From the NCBI GenBank assembly GCA_964565775.1, contig CAZMGB010000009.1, forward strand, positions 65,062 through 129,061: a stretch of DNA of 64,000 nucleotides, given 5' to 3'. Source of the DNA: an uncultured Dehalococcoidia bacterium (lineage in GTDB: Bacteria > Chloroflexota > Dehalococcoidia > DSTF01 > JALHUB01). The notes beneath the pieces were generated by a model, which worked only from the letters and a program-made list of their open reading frames with translations, had not been told where the DNA came from and made no database searches. A program made the translations under genes and the position numbers. Of the stretch, positions 19,738 to 29,224 are shown piece after piece. Position 1 is the first letter of the stretch; each line of letters opens with the position of its first letter.

Positions 19738-20847
19738 TTACGCCTGGATGCGGAGTGGCGGTCCCGGACCCGTCGCCAGCAGCCTTTCGAGCTCCTCAGG
19801 GTTGGCGCATCGGGCCATGGCGTCGTCGCGGCTGACGATGCTCTGCTGGCAGAGGGCCGCCAGGGCTTGGTCGTGGGTTTGCATGCTGTACTGAGAGCCG
19901 GTCTGGATGACGTTGGGGATCTGGAAGGTCTTGCCCTCTCGAATGAGGTTCCGCACCGCCGATGTCGCTACCATCACCTCAACGGCTGCCACCCGGCCGG
20001 ACCCGTCGGCCCTCGGCAGCAGAGACTGGCAGAGGACCGCCTCCAGGACCGTCGAGAGCTGGGCCTTCACCTGAGGCTGCTGGTGTGGTGGAAAGGAGTC
20101 GACGATGCGGTCGATGGTCTGGGCGGCGCTAGGTGTGTGCATCGTGGCCAGCACCAGGTGGCCGGTCTCGGCGGCGGTCAGGGCAAGGGCGGTCGTCTGC
20201 AGGTCGCGCATCTCGCCCACCAGGATCACGTCGGGATCCTGGCGCAGCGCGTGTTTGAGCGCGTCGGCGAAAGACCTGGTGTCCGCACCCAGCTCCCGCT
20301 GCGAGATCAGGCACTGCTTGTCGCGATGGACGAACTCGATCGGGTCCTCCACGGCCACGACGTGCCGCCGCTCCCGTTCGTTGAGGTAGTCGATCATGGC
20401 GGCCAGCGTCGTCGACTTGCCGCAGCCGGTCGGTCCCGTCACCAGTACGAGCCCTCTCGGCTTCAGCACCAGGGAGTGGCAGATATCGGGCAAGCCCAGC
20501 TCGTCCAGCGTCGGGATGCTAGAGCGAACCAGACGAAACGCAAGGGTGATGCTGCCACGCTGGAGGGCGGCGTTCACCCGGAAGCGGCCTATCCCCTGGG
20601 CGCTGTAGGCGAAGTCGAGCTCTTTGGCCCGCCAAAAGACCTCCTGCTGCTCTTGAGTCACAATCTCGCTCAGGGCGCTCTGCATGACTTCGAGCGTAAG
20701 CACCGGCAGAGTTTCGGGCGCCAGGCTGCCGTTCACGCGCAAGACGGGAGGGGAGCCCGCCTTCATGTGAAGGTCCGAGGCTTCCGCCTCGACCATCCGG
20801 CGCAGCAGATCGACTACCTTCAGCTCGTTATCAGCCCCGGATACCAT
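19738..20847 (-). CDS. pilT: type IV pilus retraction ATPase PilT
   Basis: MVSGADNELKVVDLLRRMVEAEASDLHMKAGSPPVLRVNG...GPTGCGKSTTLAAMIDYLN shows PilT Walker A and Asp box. In-frame ATG at 20847 inside the longer Arg-rich track ORF (19738-21387). Confidence 0.85.
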   Translation of the reverse strand: MVSGADNELKVVDLLRRMVEAEASDLHMKAGSPPVLRVNGSLAPETLPVLTLEVMQSALSEIVTQEQQEVFWRAKELDFAYSAQGIGRFRVNAALQRGSITLAFRLVRSSIPTLDELGLPDICHSLVLKPRGLVLVTGPTGCGKSTTLAAMIDYLNERERRHVVAVEDPIEFVHRDKQCLISQRELGADTRSFADALKHALRQDPDVILVGEMRDLQTTALALTAAETGHLVLATMHTPSAAQTIDRIVDSFPPHQQPQVKAQLSTVLEAVLCQSLLPRADGSGRVAAVEVMVATSAVRNLIREGKTFQIPNVIQTGSQYSMQTHDQALAALCQQSIVSRDDAMARCANPEELERLLATGPGPPLRIQA

Positions 20848-21566
20848 CGCAGAATCTCCTGTCCGTAGAGCAGGGCCACCATGCCGCCGGCCGCCAGAAA
20901 GGGCGCGAATGGGAGGGCATCTTTCATTCCTATCCGTCTCGCCAGCAGAGCGGCCGCGCCGACGCCTCCTCCGAGAACGAAGGAGATAGACAGGGCCAGC
21001 AGGACGAGCGGGAAGCCGGCGACGAGACCGATGAAGGCTGCGAGTTTCACGTCCCCCAGCCCCATCCCTTTGGGATAGAGGAGAACGATCACCGACAGTA
21101 GCGCAAGAGCCACAGCCCCACCCCCGAGGGCCTGCCGGAGGCCCGGACCCACCGCGAAGGGCATGGCGACGAGGGCCATGCCGATGGCCGGATAGACGAC
21201 CGCGTTCGGGATCAGGCGGTGCTCCAGGTCGATGGCGAGAGCGACGATGAAGACGCACGCTACCACCGCGACGAAGGCGAACTGCGCTGACGTGCCGTAG
21301 CGACTCCAGAGGAGCAGGAACAGCAGGCCGGTACCGCCCTCGACCAGGAGGACGCGGCGCGGGATCGGTGCCGAACAGTAGCGGCACTTCCCACGCAGGA
21401 GCAGGTAGCTCAGCACCGGTACGAGGTCGCGGCTGGCAAGCTCCCTCTTGCAGGCAGGGCAGTGGGAGCGTGGCCGCACAAGCGACATCCCCTCGGGCAG
21501 ACGATCGATGCAGACGTTGAGGAAGCTCCCAATGGCCAAGCCAAACAGAACGACGAATACAGCCAT
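20820..21566 (-). CDS. pilD: prepilin peptidase (A24 family), PilD
   Basis: N-terminal CPACKRELASRDLVPVLSYLLLRGKCRYC zinc-tetracysteine motif and polytopic membrane body typical of PilD/A24. Confidence 0.8.
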   Translation of the reverse strand: MAVFVVLFGLAIGSFLNVCIDRLPEGMSLVRPRSHCPACKRELASRDLVPVLSYLLLRGKCRYCSAPIPRRVLLVEGGTGLLFLLLWSRYGTSAQFAFVAVVACVFIVALAIDLEHRLIPNAVVYPAIGMALVAMPFAVGPGLRQALGGGAVALALLSVIVLLYPKGMGLGDVKLAAFIGLVAGFPLVLLALSISFVLGGGVGAAALLARRIGMKDALPFAPFLAAGGMVALLYGQEILRWYPGLITS

Positions 21567-21576
21567 GGAATCGACC

Positions 21577-22161
21577 CTACTGAGTCACCTCGATGGTGAA
21601 GGTCACGCCGGCGCCACCCCCCTGATCGCCTTCGCTTACCAGAGAGGTTATTCGAGCCTGGGAGAACCTTCCGGTTTTGACGAGGGCTTTGGAGTAGCCG
21701 AGGACGGCCGCCGGGCTGCCGGCCCGGCCCGTCAGCGACAACGGGCCATCAGACGCCGTGATCGATTCGACACGGGCGCCCGCCGGCAGGGCCAGCGTCA
21801 TGGCGGCCAGGTCTTTCGCGAGATCCTGCCGGTTGCCGAGTACTGCCTGTCGCTCCTTGTTCAGGCTGGCGATGGCCGCCTCAGCGGTTTCGAGCTGCTG
21901 GCGGAGATCCCTCGACCTGCCGAGGTCGATCTGAAATGACGCGAGCTGGTCGTTGACCAGCGCCAGTTCGCTCTGCAGGCGGCTAGTCTCCTTATTGGCG
22001 GCCTGTTGCACTCGAGATAGCGGCAGCAGCAGCAGGCCGGCGGCCAGGACCCCCACCACACCCACCACGAACCAGGCCGGGTAGCGCCGCGGCCGTAGCT
22101 CCTCCGGGAGGACGTTGAGATCGACGAACAGGGGCGGCTCCAGAGCCGAACTCTCCCGCAT
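21577..22161 (-). CDS. type IV pilus assembly protein PilN/PilO family (bitopic, coiled coil)
   Basis: N-terminal cytoplasmic segment, one TM helix (WFVVGVVGVLAAGLLLLPL), a coiled-coil region, then a periplasmic-type domain. Located between pilM and pilD. Confidence 0.5.
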   Translation of the reverse strand: MRESSALEPPLFVDLNVLPEELRPRRYPAWFVVGVVGVLAAGLLLLPLSRVQQAANKETSRLQSELALVNDQLASFQIDLGRSRDLRQQLETAEAAIASLNKERQAVLGNRQDLAKDLAAMTLALPAGARVESITASDGPLSLTGRAGSPAAVLGYSKALVKTGRFSQARITSLVSEGDQGGGAGVTFTIEVTQ

Positions 22162-22166
22162 GTCTC

Positions 22167-23096
22167 TCAGAGCTCCTTCAACGCTAGTCCGATGTTGACC
22201 ATGAAGGTCGCGAGCGGCAGGCCAGGCGGGCAGTCGAGCGCCGGCGCCAACGGTTCCACCGGGTACCTGACCGAGCCCTCGACGACGCCCGAGGACGCTA
22301 CCTCCTGCGCCAGGGAGCCCGTCAGGTATATTGGAGTCGATGGCTCGAGCGGCTCCTGCGGATGCGTGTCGCTGTAGAACTTCACGGTGCGGGCGAGGTC
22401 CTCCCCCAATCGTTGGACCTTGTCCTCGACCGTGTCGATCTCGCGCCGCACGCCGGCCGTCCGAATGGTCACGGGTATGCCACCCTGGACGACGATGACA
22501 TCGAGGGTCTCCGGCTCCAGGTCCGCGATTATGGCTTCACTCCGGCCCACCGCCCTCACCAGGGCGAGCGGCTTGATGTCCATGGAGCGCGGTTTCGCGC
22601 CGGCAGCCGTGATGGCCTTCACCTGGGGGCCAAGCACATCTCGCGGTACGCCGAGGGCGAATACCCGCAGGTGACCGTTTCCGTTGCCGACAAGCTGCCA
22701 GGAGATGTAGATCTCGTCGAGAGGCACCGGCATCTCCCGCTTCATCTCGCGGGGGATCGCTTCCGGCAAGAGCCGCAAGTCCATCTCAGGGAAGTCGAGG
22801 ATGCGGGGGACGGAACGCTGGCCTGTCAGGCCGGCCACAAGATTCCCCTTGGCGACGCGGTGAGCTGCAAACAGGGTCTTGATGTGCCTGCCCACTGCTT
22901 CAGGGTCGGCCACCACTCCGTCGTGCGTGAGGGCGGGCTCCAGCGGCTCTATCCCCCAGGTGGTGACCTGCCTGCCCTTGACCACAAGGAGGCGCGCGCT
23001 GCCGCCCTCGACGTGCAGCGTCGCCAGGGGTCGAGACAGGAGACGCAGGGGACCCGTGACCGAACCGGGAGCACTTGCCTTCATCGTCATCGTCAC
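22167..23096 (-). CDS. pilM: type IV pilus assembly protein PilM (actin-like ATPase fold)
   Basis: 309 aa. PilM-like ASKHA fold segments (LVVKGRQVTTWGIEPLE..., VIVVQGGIPVTIRTAG). Upstream of the PilN/O gene. Confidence 0.75.
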   Translation of the reverse strand: MTMTMKASAPGSVTGPLRLLSRPLATLHVEGGSARLLVVKGRQVTTWGIEPLEPALTHDGVVADPEAVGRHIKTLFAAHRVAKGNLVAGLTGQRSVPRILDFPEMDLRLLPEAIPREMKREMPVPLDEIYISWQLVGNGNGHLRVFALGVPRDVLGPQVKAITAAGAKPRSMDIKPLALVRAVGRSEAIIADLEPETLDVIVVQGGIPVTIRTAGVRREIDTVEDKVQRLGEDLARTVKFYSDTHPQEPLEPSTPIYLTGSLAQEVASSGVVEGSVRYPVEPLAPALDCPPGLPLATFMVNIGLALKEL

Positions 23097-23719
23097 TGGC
23101 CTGTAGCCTCCTCACTCGTAGTGGTAGCGCCGGACCCTGCGCTGGCTGAGCCGTCTCCCTCCGACGGGGTAGGCTCTGCCGCCGGCGGCTGCGCGTATGT
23201 CAGCAGTTCGAGGTTCAGGACCTTCCGCTCGCCCTTGTCCTCGAGCGTGAAACTGCCGATCCTGGTCGTGCTTGTCGCTCTGTTCTCCAGGGCCGCGAGA
23301 AAGTCGACTAGCTGACCGAAATCGCCCTCGACAGCGAGGTCGAGGCCAAGAACGTCGTACGTGTTCTCCCCGTCCACCTCGGTGATGGGCTCCCGGATAT
23401 CGATTCTCAGCAGCCGCACCTTGCTTTCGCCTACATCCCCCAGGATCGTCTCCAGGATGTCCTTGCTGTCCAGCTTGCTCGGGAACGCGGTCTCGGCAGC
23501 GGCCAGCTCCTGCTTCGCCTCCGTCAGGCGTGTCTGCAATTCCTCCAGGTCCTGGCGGGCGTCCGCGACTGAGAGTAAGACTCCTTGTCCGAGGTCGATC
23601 TGCGCAGACAATGCGTCCTGGTCCCACTTCTCCCGCACGATGGACACGCCCATGGCGACGTACGCGACAACAGCCACAGCGACGACGAGAAGAAGCTGCG
23701 TTAGCGGCTTGAGCCTCAC
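23093..23719 (-). CDS. PilN/PilO family pilus assembly protein (start uncertain, probable GTG ~23719)
   Basis: Track ORF 23093-24109 has an implausible Arg-rich N-terminus. The likely real protein begins RLKPLTQLLLVVAVAVVAYVAMGVSIV with one TM helix, then a coiled coil (EELQTRLTEAKQELAAAETAF) and an alpha/beta C-domain. Confidence 0.4.
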   Translation of the reverse strand: MRLKPLTQLLLVVAVAVVAYVAMGVSIVREKWDQDALSAQIDLGQGVLLSVADARQDLEELQTRLTEAKQELAAAETAFPSKLDSKDILETILGDVGESKVRLLRIDIREPITEVDGENTYDVLGLDLAVEGDFGQLVDFLAALENRATSTTRIGSFTLEDKGERKVLNLELLTYAQPPAAEPTPSEGDGSASAGSGATTTSEEATGQ

Positions 23720-23763
23720 CCTCTTCAGTCTGTCAACCGCCGACAATGCCTGCCACCTCGTGC

Positions 23764-24537
23764 CTAGTCGAGCTGCCACGAGATGATCGTGACCGCGTTC
23801 ATGCTTGCCGTCGCTCTGCTCGTGATCGTTCGCCCATCCCTCTCTGACCGCAGGTCGTAGCTGGCGATCGGGTAATGGACCGCCAGCGCCCCGGTCGTCG
23901 CGCCCACCGTCGCCACCAGTACCTGATAGGAGCCGGCCGCCTCGGGGCCGAACTGCACAGTGTAGGGAGACGTGCCGCTGGCCGGCGCCAACCCGTCGGG
24001 CTTGGCGCAGTCGGCCGACTCTGAAAGCAGCGCGACCCACACGCTGGAGGCGTCCGTGTCGACCACGGCGAAGATGAGGCCGCTGTCCGTGGTCGTGACC
24101 GGGTAGCACTGTTCGCCGTCTCCCTCCTGCCAGGTGGGCGTGATAGACTCGGATGCTCCGGCGCCGGAAGCGAAGCGGACCTCCGTCGTCGGAAAGCTAT
24201 CGCCGTTGATGGAGGCCGGGGTCGGCTGGAGCGGCGCTTCCTCATAACTCGTGCTCGTCGTGAGCGTGGGGTTGTTCTTCAGTCTCCACAGCCCCCACTC
24301 GATGCCGGCGTCAACTGAGTAATAGTCGGCGATAGCCTCGTCAGTCTTGCGGCTCGCCAGAAGGTTGACGCTGACGTCGGTGAGAAACGGCGTCACCAGC
24401 ACGGCACCGATGGCAAGGGCAATCAGGGCGAGCGGCAGCGCCTGCCCCGACTCCGCGAGAAGCGTACACAGCCACCAAGCTCTGCCGCGCCCGCTGTTCT
24501 TCATCGCCGACCGTCTTCTCGCCAGATCTGACCTCAT
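23764..24537 (-). CDS. hypothetical pilus-associated protein with hydrophobic N-terminus (possible minor pilin/pseudopilin-like)
   Basis: N-terminal hydrophobic segment ALPLALIALAIGAVLVTPFL followed by a Thr/Ser-rich extracellular-type domain. Directly downstream of the giant pilin-like gene. Confidence 0.35.
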   Translation of the reverse strand: MRSDLARRRSAMKNSGRGRAWWLCTLLAESGQALPLALIALAIGAVLVTPFLTDVSVNLLASRKTDEAIADYYSVDAGIEWGLWRLKNNPTLTTSTSYEEAPLQPTPASINGDSFPTTEVRFASGAGASESITPTWQEGDGEQCYPVTTTDSGLIFAVVDTDASSVWVALLSESADCAKPDGLAPASGTSPYTVQFGPEAAGSYQVLVATVGATTGALAVHYPIASYDLRSERDGRTITSRATASMNAVTIISWQLD

Positions 24538-27500
24538 TTACGGCCCGTAGTAGACCTTCAGCGGCACCCAGTCCAGGAAGAAGTCGCGGAAGGCGTTGTC
24601 GCTGTTCGACGTCACCCGCAGCCGGAAGTTGGCGTTGCTTAGCTCCGCTGACGACCACGTCCTACCCCAGGTGTCAGTTGAGCCACCCAGGACTGCCGTG
24701 TGCTCGAACATCGTCTCTATATTGTCCGTCTTCGCCGCCGTCCAGGAGGCGCCGCCGTTCCAGGAGAGCTCCACGCTCATGCTGCTGGTGCTGTAAAAGG
24801 TGCTGTCCAGCCACCAGTCGAGCCGCACCTCGATGCCCGAGACGGAGCAGCCTGCCGGGATGGAGACGCCGTAGTTGTAGAAGCGGTGGCGGTCACCGGC
24901 GCCGTCGTAGTTGACGGCGAACCAGGCGCCGTCGGTGAAGGCGTTGGTGGAGTTCTCCTCGAAGCCGTCGCCGTCACCACCAGTGTCGGCGGCGTCGGCC
25001 GTCGGGTTCAGGTAGCCGGTATCACCGGCCGTACAGGTCGCTGTCGCCGTAGGTGTGTGAGTAGGCGTGACGGTAGCCGTAGGTGTGGGTGTGGCAGTGG
25101 GCGTTGCGGTGGCCGCCGAGGTCGGGGTGGGCGTGGCGCCACATTGGATCACGACGTCGTCGAAGTAGACCTCGGTGCTTTCGTCGTTGAAGGTCTTCTT
25201 GTTGTTATAGGCGCCTATGGTGAGGGTGTGTGTACCGGCGGTCAAGAACGGGGTCAGGGTGGCGCTCTGCCAGCCCGTGTCCATCGTGAATCCGCCGTTG
25301 CCGTCGCCGACGAGTTGGGCGAGGTAGTCGTGGCCGCCGGTGCCGTACAGGGTTCCGTCGATGGACAGCAGGGCCTGCCCGTACTCGTCGGACTCATAGT
25401 TGGCCGCGAGGAGCAACCGATAACGCAGGTCCAGCGTGACCGTCTGGTCGTAAGCGAGGACGAACTGTTTCGACCAGCCGCCGGACATCCCCAAGATAGC
25501 GAAATTGTCGATGTCACCAAGCAGGACCTCGAGGCCGCCGCCGGTGAAGCCGCCCGCAGGCTCGTAGGTGCCGCTGGCGTAGGCGGGTGCGCCGGTGCCG
25601 CGGAAGGTGTCGTCGGAGTAGGCGAAGCCCTCGGCGTCGGAGTCGAAGTGGGCATCGAGCGAAGGACAGCCGCCGGGGGTGGGTGTAGAGGTCGGCGTGC
25701 TTGTAGGTGTGTTGGTGGGCGTGGCGGTCCGTGTTGGGGTAGGCGTAGCAGTCGGTGTCGGTGTGAATGTCGGCGTAGCGGTCGGTGTTGCTGTGAACGT
25801 CGGTGTGGGCGTCGACGTCGGCGTGAATGTCGGCGTGGGTGTCGGCGTAGACGTGGGGGTTGAGGTGGACGTGTTGGTAGGAGTGGCGGTGGGCGTCGGG
25901 CTAGGCGTAGATGTAGGCCTTGCAGGCCCGTAGTAGACCTTCAGCGGCACCCAGTCCAGGAAGAAGTCGCGGAAGGCGTTATCGCTGTTCGACGTCACCC
26001 GCAGCCGGAAGTTGGCGTTGCTTAGCTCCGTTGCCGACCACGTCCTGCCCCAGGTGTCAGTTGAACCACCCAGCACTGCCGTGTGCTCGAACGTTGTCGC
26101 TGTACTATCAGTCTTCGCCGCCGTCCAGGAGGCACCGCCGTTCCAGGAGAGCTCTACGCTCATGCTGCTGGTGCTGTAAAAGGTGCTGTCCAGCCACCAG
26201 TCCAGCCGCACCTCGATGCCCGAGACGGAGCAGCCTGCGGGGATGGAGACGCCGTAGTTGTAGAAGCGGTGGCGGTCTCCGGGCCCGTCGTAGTTGGCGG
26301 CGAACCAGGCGGCGTCGGTGAAGGCGTAGGTGGGGTACCACTCGAAGCCGTTGCCGTCGCCGCCGCTGTCAGCGAACTGCGCCGTCGGGTTCAGGTAGCC
26401 GGTATCACCGGCCGTACAGGTCGGCGTCGCTGTCGCTGTGGGCGTGTGCGTAGGCGTGGCGGTGGCCGTAGGGGTAGGAGTGGCGGTAGGCGACGGGCTA
26501 GGCGTAGATGTAGGCGTTGCAGGCCCGTAGTAGACCTTCAGCGGCACCCACTCCAGGAAGAAGTCGCGGAAGCCGCTGTCGCTGTTCGAGGTCACCCGCA
26601 CTCGGAAGTTCGCGTTGCTTAGCTCCGTTGCCGACCACGTCCTGCCCCAGATGTCAGTCGAACCACCCAGCACTGCAGTGTGCTCGAACGTCGTCTCCGT
26701 ATTGTCCGTCTTCGCCGCCGTCCAGGACGTACCACCGTCCCAGGACAGCTCTACGCTCATGCTGCTGCTGCCGAATGTGCTGTCCAGCCACCAGTCCAGC
26801 CGCACCTCGATGCCCGAGACGGAGCAGCCTGCGGGGATGGAGACGCCGTAGTTGTAGAAGCGATGGCGGTCACCGGCGCCGTCGTAGTTGCCAGCGGCGA
26901 AACCGCCGTCGGCGAAGGCGTAGGTCGGGTACCACTCGAAGCCGTTGCCGTCGCCGCCTGTGTCGGCGGCCTGCGCCGTCGGGTTCAGGTAGCCGGTATC
27001 ACCGGGCGTACAGGCCGGCGTGGGAGTGGAGGTAGCCGTTGGAGGCTGCGTCGGGAAGGCGGTTGCCGTCCCGCGCGGGGGCCGCATGTAGATGTTCTCG
27101 GTCCGCGTCTGCGTGACGTCTCCTTCGACGGACGTGATGCTGACGGTGAGGAGATCGCCGCTCTTCGATGCGCTGAATCCGGACGGCGCCAGGTTTCGGG
27201 CCACCGTCTGGCTGGACGGCGTTCCGTCCACCGTCAGAGTACGCACGAGCTCGTCGCCGGACTGCGCGTACGCGCTCTCATAGGTCGTGCCGCTGACGAC
27301 ATCCATCCACCTGAGGGTCACGCTGTCGGGCAGCACAGTAGCCAGCTCCGACACTGCCATCTGCGCATCCCGGTTCAGCCACTCGAAGGCGGTGCCGTAG
27401 TCGTGCGCCACCGCCAGCCTGTCGTGGCCGCGCCCGGTAGCGTTCAGGAACTGAAACGTAGCCGTCGAAAGGAGGCCGAGGATCAGTGTGGCGATGGCCG

Positions 27501-27555
27501 AGGCCACCATGACTTCGACCAGAGTGAAGCCCGCCTCGCCTGCTTTCCCTCTCAT
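24538..27555 (-). CDS. giant (1005 aa) type IV pilin-like protein with class III signal peptide, three tandem ~165-aa domains, Thr/Pro linkers and a central jellyroll-like domain
   Basis: N-terminus [29 protein letters not shown] is a prepilin cleavage/N-methylation site (G|FTLVE). Three repeats ([10 protein letters not shown]...[28 protein letters not shown]...[13 protein letters not shown]...[13 protein letters not shown]) are separated by (T/S)P-rich linkers. Confidence 0.6.
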   Translation of the reverse strand: MRGKAGEAGFTLVEVMVASAIATLILGLLSTATFQFLNATGRGHDRLAVAHDYGTAFEWLNRDAQMAVSELATVLPDSVTLRWMDVVSGTTYESAYAQSGDELVRTLTVDGTPSSQTVARNLAPSGFSASKSGDLLTVSITSVEGDVTQTRTENIYMRPPRGTATAFPTQPPTATSTPTPACTPGDTGYLNPTAQAADTGGDGNGFEWYPTYAFADGGFAAGNYDGAGDRHRFYNYGVSIPAGCSVSGIEVRLDWWLDSTFGSSSMSVELSWDGGTSWTAAKTDNTETTFEHTAVLGGSTDIWGRTWSATELSNANFRVRVTSNSDSGFRDFFLEWVPLKVYYGPATPTSTPSPSPTATPTPTATATPTHTPTATATPTCTAGDTGYLNPTAQFADSGGDGNGFEWYPTYAFTDAAWFAANYDGPGDRHRFYNYGVSIPAGCSVSGIEVRLDWWLDSTFYSTSSMSVELSWNGGASWTAAKTDSTATTFEHTAVLGGSTDTWGRTWSATELSNANFRLRVTSNSDNAFRDFFLDWVPLKVYYGPARPTSTPSPTPTATPTNTSTSTPTSTPTPTPTFTPTSTPTPTFTATPTATPTFTPTPTATPTPTRTATPTNTPTSTPTSTPTPGGCPSLDAHFDSDAEGFAYSDDTFRGTGAPAYASGTYEPAGGFTGGGLEVLLGDIDNFAILGMSGGWSKQFVLAYDQTVTLDLRYRLLLAANYESDEYGQALLSIDGTLYGTGGHDYLAQLVGDGNGGFTMDTGWQSATLTPFLTAGTHTLTIGAYNNKKTFNDESTEVYFDDVVIQCGATPTPTSAATATPTATPTPTATVTPTHTPTATATCTAGDTGYLNPTADAADTGGDGDGFEENSTNAFTDGAWFAVNYDGAGDRHRFYNYGVSIPAGCSVSGIEVRLDWWLDSTFYSTSSMSVELSWNGGASWTAAKTDNIETMFEHTAVLGGSTDTWGRTWSSAELSNANFRLRVTSNSDNAFRDFFLDWVPLKVYYGP
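24541..25035 (-). repeat. intragenic tandem repeat unit 3 (~495 bp, ~90% nt identity to the other units)
   Basis: The first ~100 nt (ggcccgtagtagaccttcagcggcacccagtccaggaagaagtcgcggaagg...) recur almost verbatim at about 25924 and 26521. Confidence 0.7.
25924..26418 (-). repeat. intragenic tandem repeat unit 2
   Basis: See unit 3. Encodes residues ~380-544 of the pilin-like protein. Confidence 0.7.
26521..27012 (-). repeat. intragenic tandem repeat unit 1
   Basis: See unit 3. Encodes residues ~182-345. Separated from unit 2 by a 34-aa TP linker. Confidence 0.7.
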
Positions 27556-27935
27556 CGGTCTACTTTGAAGCCTTCGACCGTCAGCAGCGTCTCGCCGTTC
27601 CTCGTGACGGTGACGGTGATCTTCTGGACTGCGCCATCGCCCTCTCCGATAGACGTGGCGTCCGCCGAGACGGCGTATCCCGCCGGCGGCGTCACCGTGG
27701 GGTAGGAGGCGGGGGCCGCCAGGTATGTGTCGCTCTTGGTGTACTCGAGCTGCGAACGGGCCAGGTTCTCGGCGGTCACCTGCTCCTCCGTCGTCGCGAC
27801 TCCGACCGAGCCGGTCGACATGGCGGCCAGGAAGACGACCAGCGTGACACCGAGGATGGCGACGGCCACCAGCACTTCAACGAGGCCCGCGCCTCCCTGG
27901 CCGTCGACCAGGGCTTGCCTGAGGCCCGTGAGCAT
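27552..27935 (-). CDS. type IV pilin-like protein (minor pilin / pseudopilin)
   Basis: [39 protein letters not shown] is a class III signal-like N-terminus with hydrophobic helix and Glu at +5. In-frame ATG at 27935 within track ORF 27552-27998. Confidence 0.55.
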   Translation of the reverse strand: MLTGLRQALVDGQGGAGLVEVLVAVAILGVTLVVFLAAMSTGSVGVATTEEQVTAENLARSQLEYTKSDTYLAAPASYPTVTPPAGYAVSADATSIGEGDGAVQKITVTVTRNGETLLTVEGFKVDR

Positions 27936-28000
27936 CGGCTGGCGCCCCCCAAGCTTGCGGTCCCTGCCGCCCGTGTCGTCGCCTGTGTGTGCGTACATAG

Positions 28001-29206
28001 CTAGCGAATAGACTGCATTATTCCGTACATCGGCATGATCAGAGAGACCGCGATGAAGGCGACGACTCCACCGACACCAATGGTCAGCGCCGGCTCAATC
28101 ATGGAGGTCAGCCTGTTGATGCGCTCGTCCGTCTCGCGGGCGTAGAAGTCGGCCATCGTCTCCAGATTGGCCTCCAGCGTGCCGGTCTCCTCCCCTACCT
28201 CCACCATATGGACGAGCATCGGTGGGAAAATCTTCGAGTTCCCCAACGGCTTCGAGAGACCTTCCCCCCTCAGCAGCTCCTCCCGCACCTCCTCCAACGC
28301 TTCACGGACGATCTGGTTTTGGGTCGTCTGAAGGGTCTGGTCCATCACCTCCGTAAGGGGGAGGCCGGCCTTGAAGAGGACTGCCATCGTCCCGCTGAAG
28401 CGGGAGGTGTTGCTGAGGACGGTGATGGGCCCGATGAGAGGGGCACGCAGCAGGAGATAGTCAAGCTGCCTCCGACCGAGGGGCTGTCTCATGTAGAAGG
28501 CGACGATGACGATGACCAGGATCAGCGCCACTGCCATATGGAGCTTGTAGGCGGTCGCGAAGTGGCTGAGGCCGAGGAGGATCTTCGTGGGAAGGGGCAG
28601 CTCCGCGTCGAAGTCGTCGAACAGGTTGATCAGGGGCGGTAGCGCCGCCGTGACCAGAATGACGACGACGCCGATGGCCATGAGAATGACGAAGGTCGGG
28701 TAGGCCATCGCCCCTCGGACGCGCTTGATGATCGCCTGTTCCTTCTCCATGTGTGTCGCCAGTTCTCGAAGGACGACCTCCAGGTTCCCCGTCCGCTCAC
28801 CCACCGCGATCGTGCTTCTGAAGATCGGCGGGAAGACCTGAGGGTGATCTCGCAGCGCGTCCGACAACGAGGAGCCCTGCTTGACGGCCCGAGTGAGCTC
28901 ACCCAGGACGCGGCCGAACTGGCCGCGCGCCTGTCGCTGCAGCAGCTCCAGGGCGGGCACTATGGCGACACCGGACTCGATGAGGGTGGCTAGCTGCCGG
29001 GAGAAGATGATGATCTCCTGGGACTTGATGCCGAACACGGTGGGAAACAGCCGATCGAGCCGCGGCGGCGTCCAGGTCGCACGGAGGGCGATGACCCGGT
29101 AGCCCCACTCCCAGAGGGTCTGCTCGGCCACCTCCTCCGTAGGTGCCTCAATCGACCCCTTGATCTGCTCACCGGACGGCGTGAATGCGACGTATCTGTA
29201 AGTCAA
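28001..29206 (-). CDS. pilC: type IV pilus platform protein PilC (GspF family)
   Basis: 401 aa with duplicated GspF domains (FSRQLATLIESGVAIVPALELL...; FSGTMAVLFKAGLPLTEVMD...) and three TM segments. Confidence 0.85.
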   Translation of the reverse strand: MTYRYVAFTPSGEQIKGSIEAPTEEVAEQTLWEWGYRVIALRATWTPPRLDRLFPTVFGIKSQEIIIFSRQLATLIESGVAIVPALELLQRQARGQFGRVLGELTRAVKQGSSLSDALRDHPQVFPPIFRSTIAVGERTGNLEVVLRELATHMEKEQAIIKRVRGAMAYPTFVILMAIGVVVILVTAALPPLINLFDDFDAELPLPTKILLGLSHFATAYKLHMAVALILVIVIVAFYMRQPLGRRQLDYLLLRAPLIGPITVLSNTSRFSGTMAVLFKAGLPLTEVMDQTLQTTQNQIVREALEEVREELLRGEGLSKPLGNSKIFPPMLVHMVEVGEETGTLEANLETMADFYARETDERINRLTSMIEPALTIGVGGVVAFIAVSLIMPMYGIMQSIR

Positions 29207-29224
29207 GCCAGCCCTCTCAATCGT

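Noticed and set aside
19738-21387. Track ORF giving a 549-aa PilT with 180-aa Arg/Gly/Pro-rich N-terminal extension; similarly 23093-24109 and 29225-30982
   Set aside because: The extensions run through the upstream genes (pilD, hypothetical) in another frame and have no PilT/PilO/PilB similarity. In-frame internal ATG/GTG starts with proper N-termini were used instead.
25679-25933. ORF encoding (GVGVxV)n repeat, and other short ORFs inside 24538-27555
   Set aside because: It is the antisense reading of the Thr/Pro-rich linker (ACN/CCN repeats) of the giant pilin-like gene. Being low complexity, it is neither CRISPR nor an independent gene.
24538-27555. Possible CRISPR array or other non-coding tandem repeat
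   Set aside because: The repeats are ~495 bp long, in frame and encode homologous protein domains within one long ORF. There are no short direct repeats with unique spacers and no cas genes in the window.
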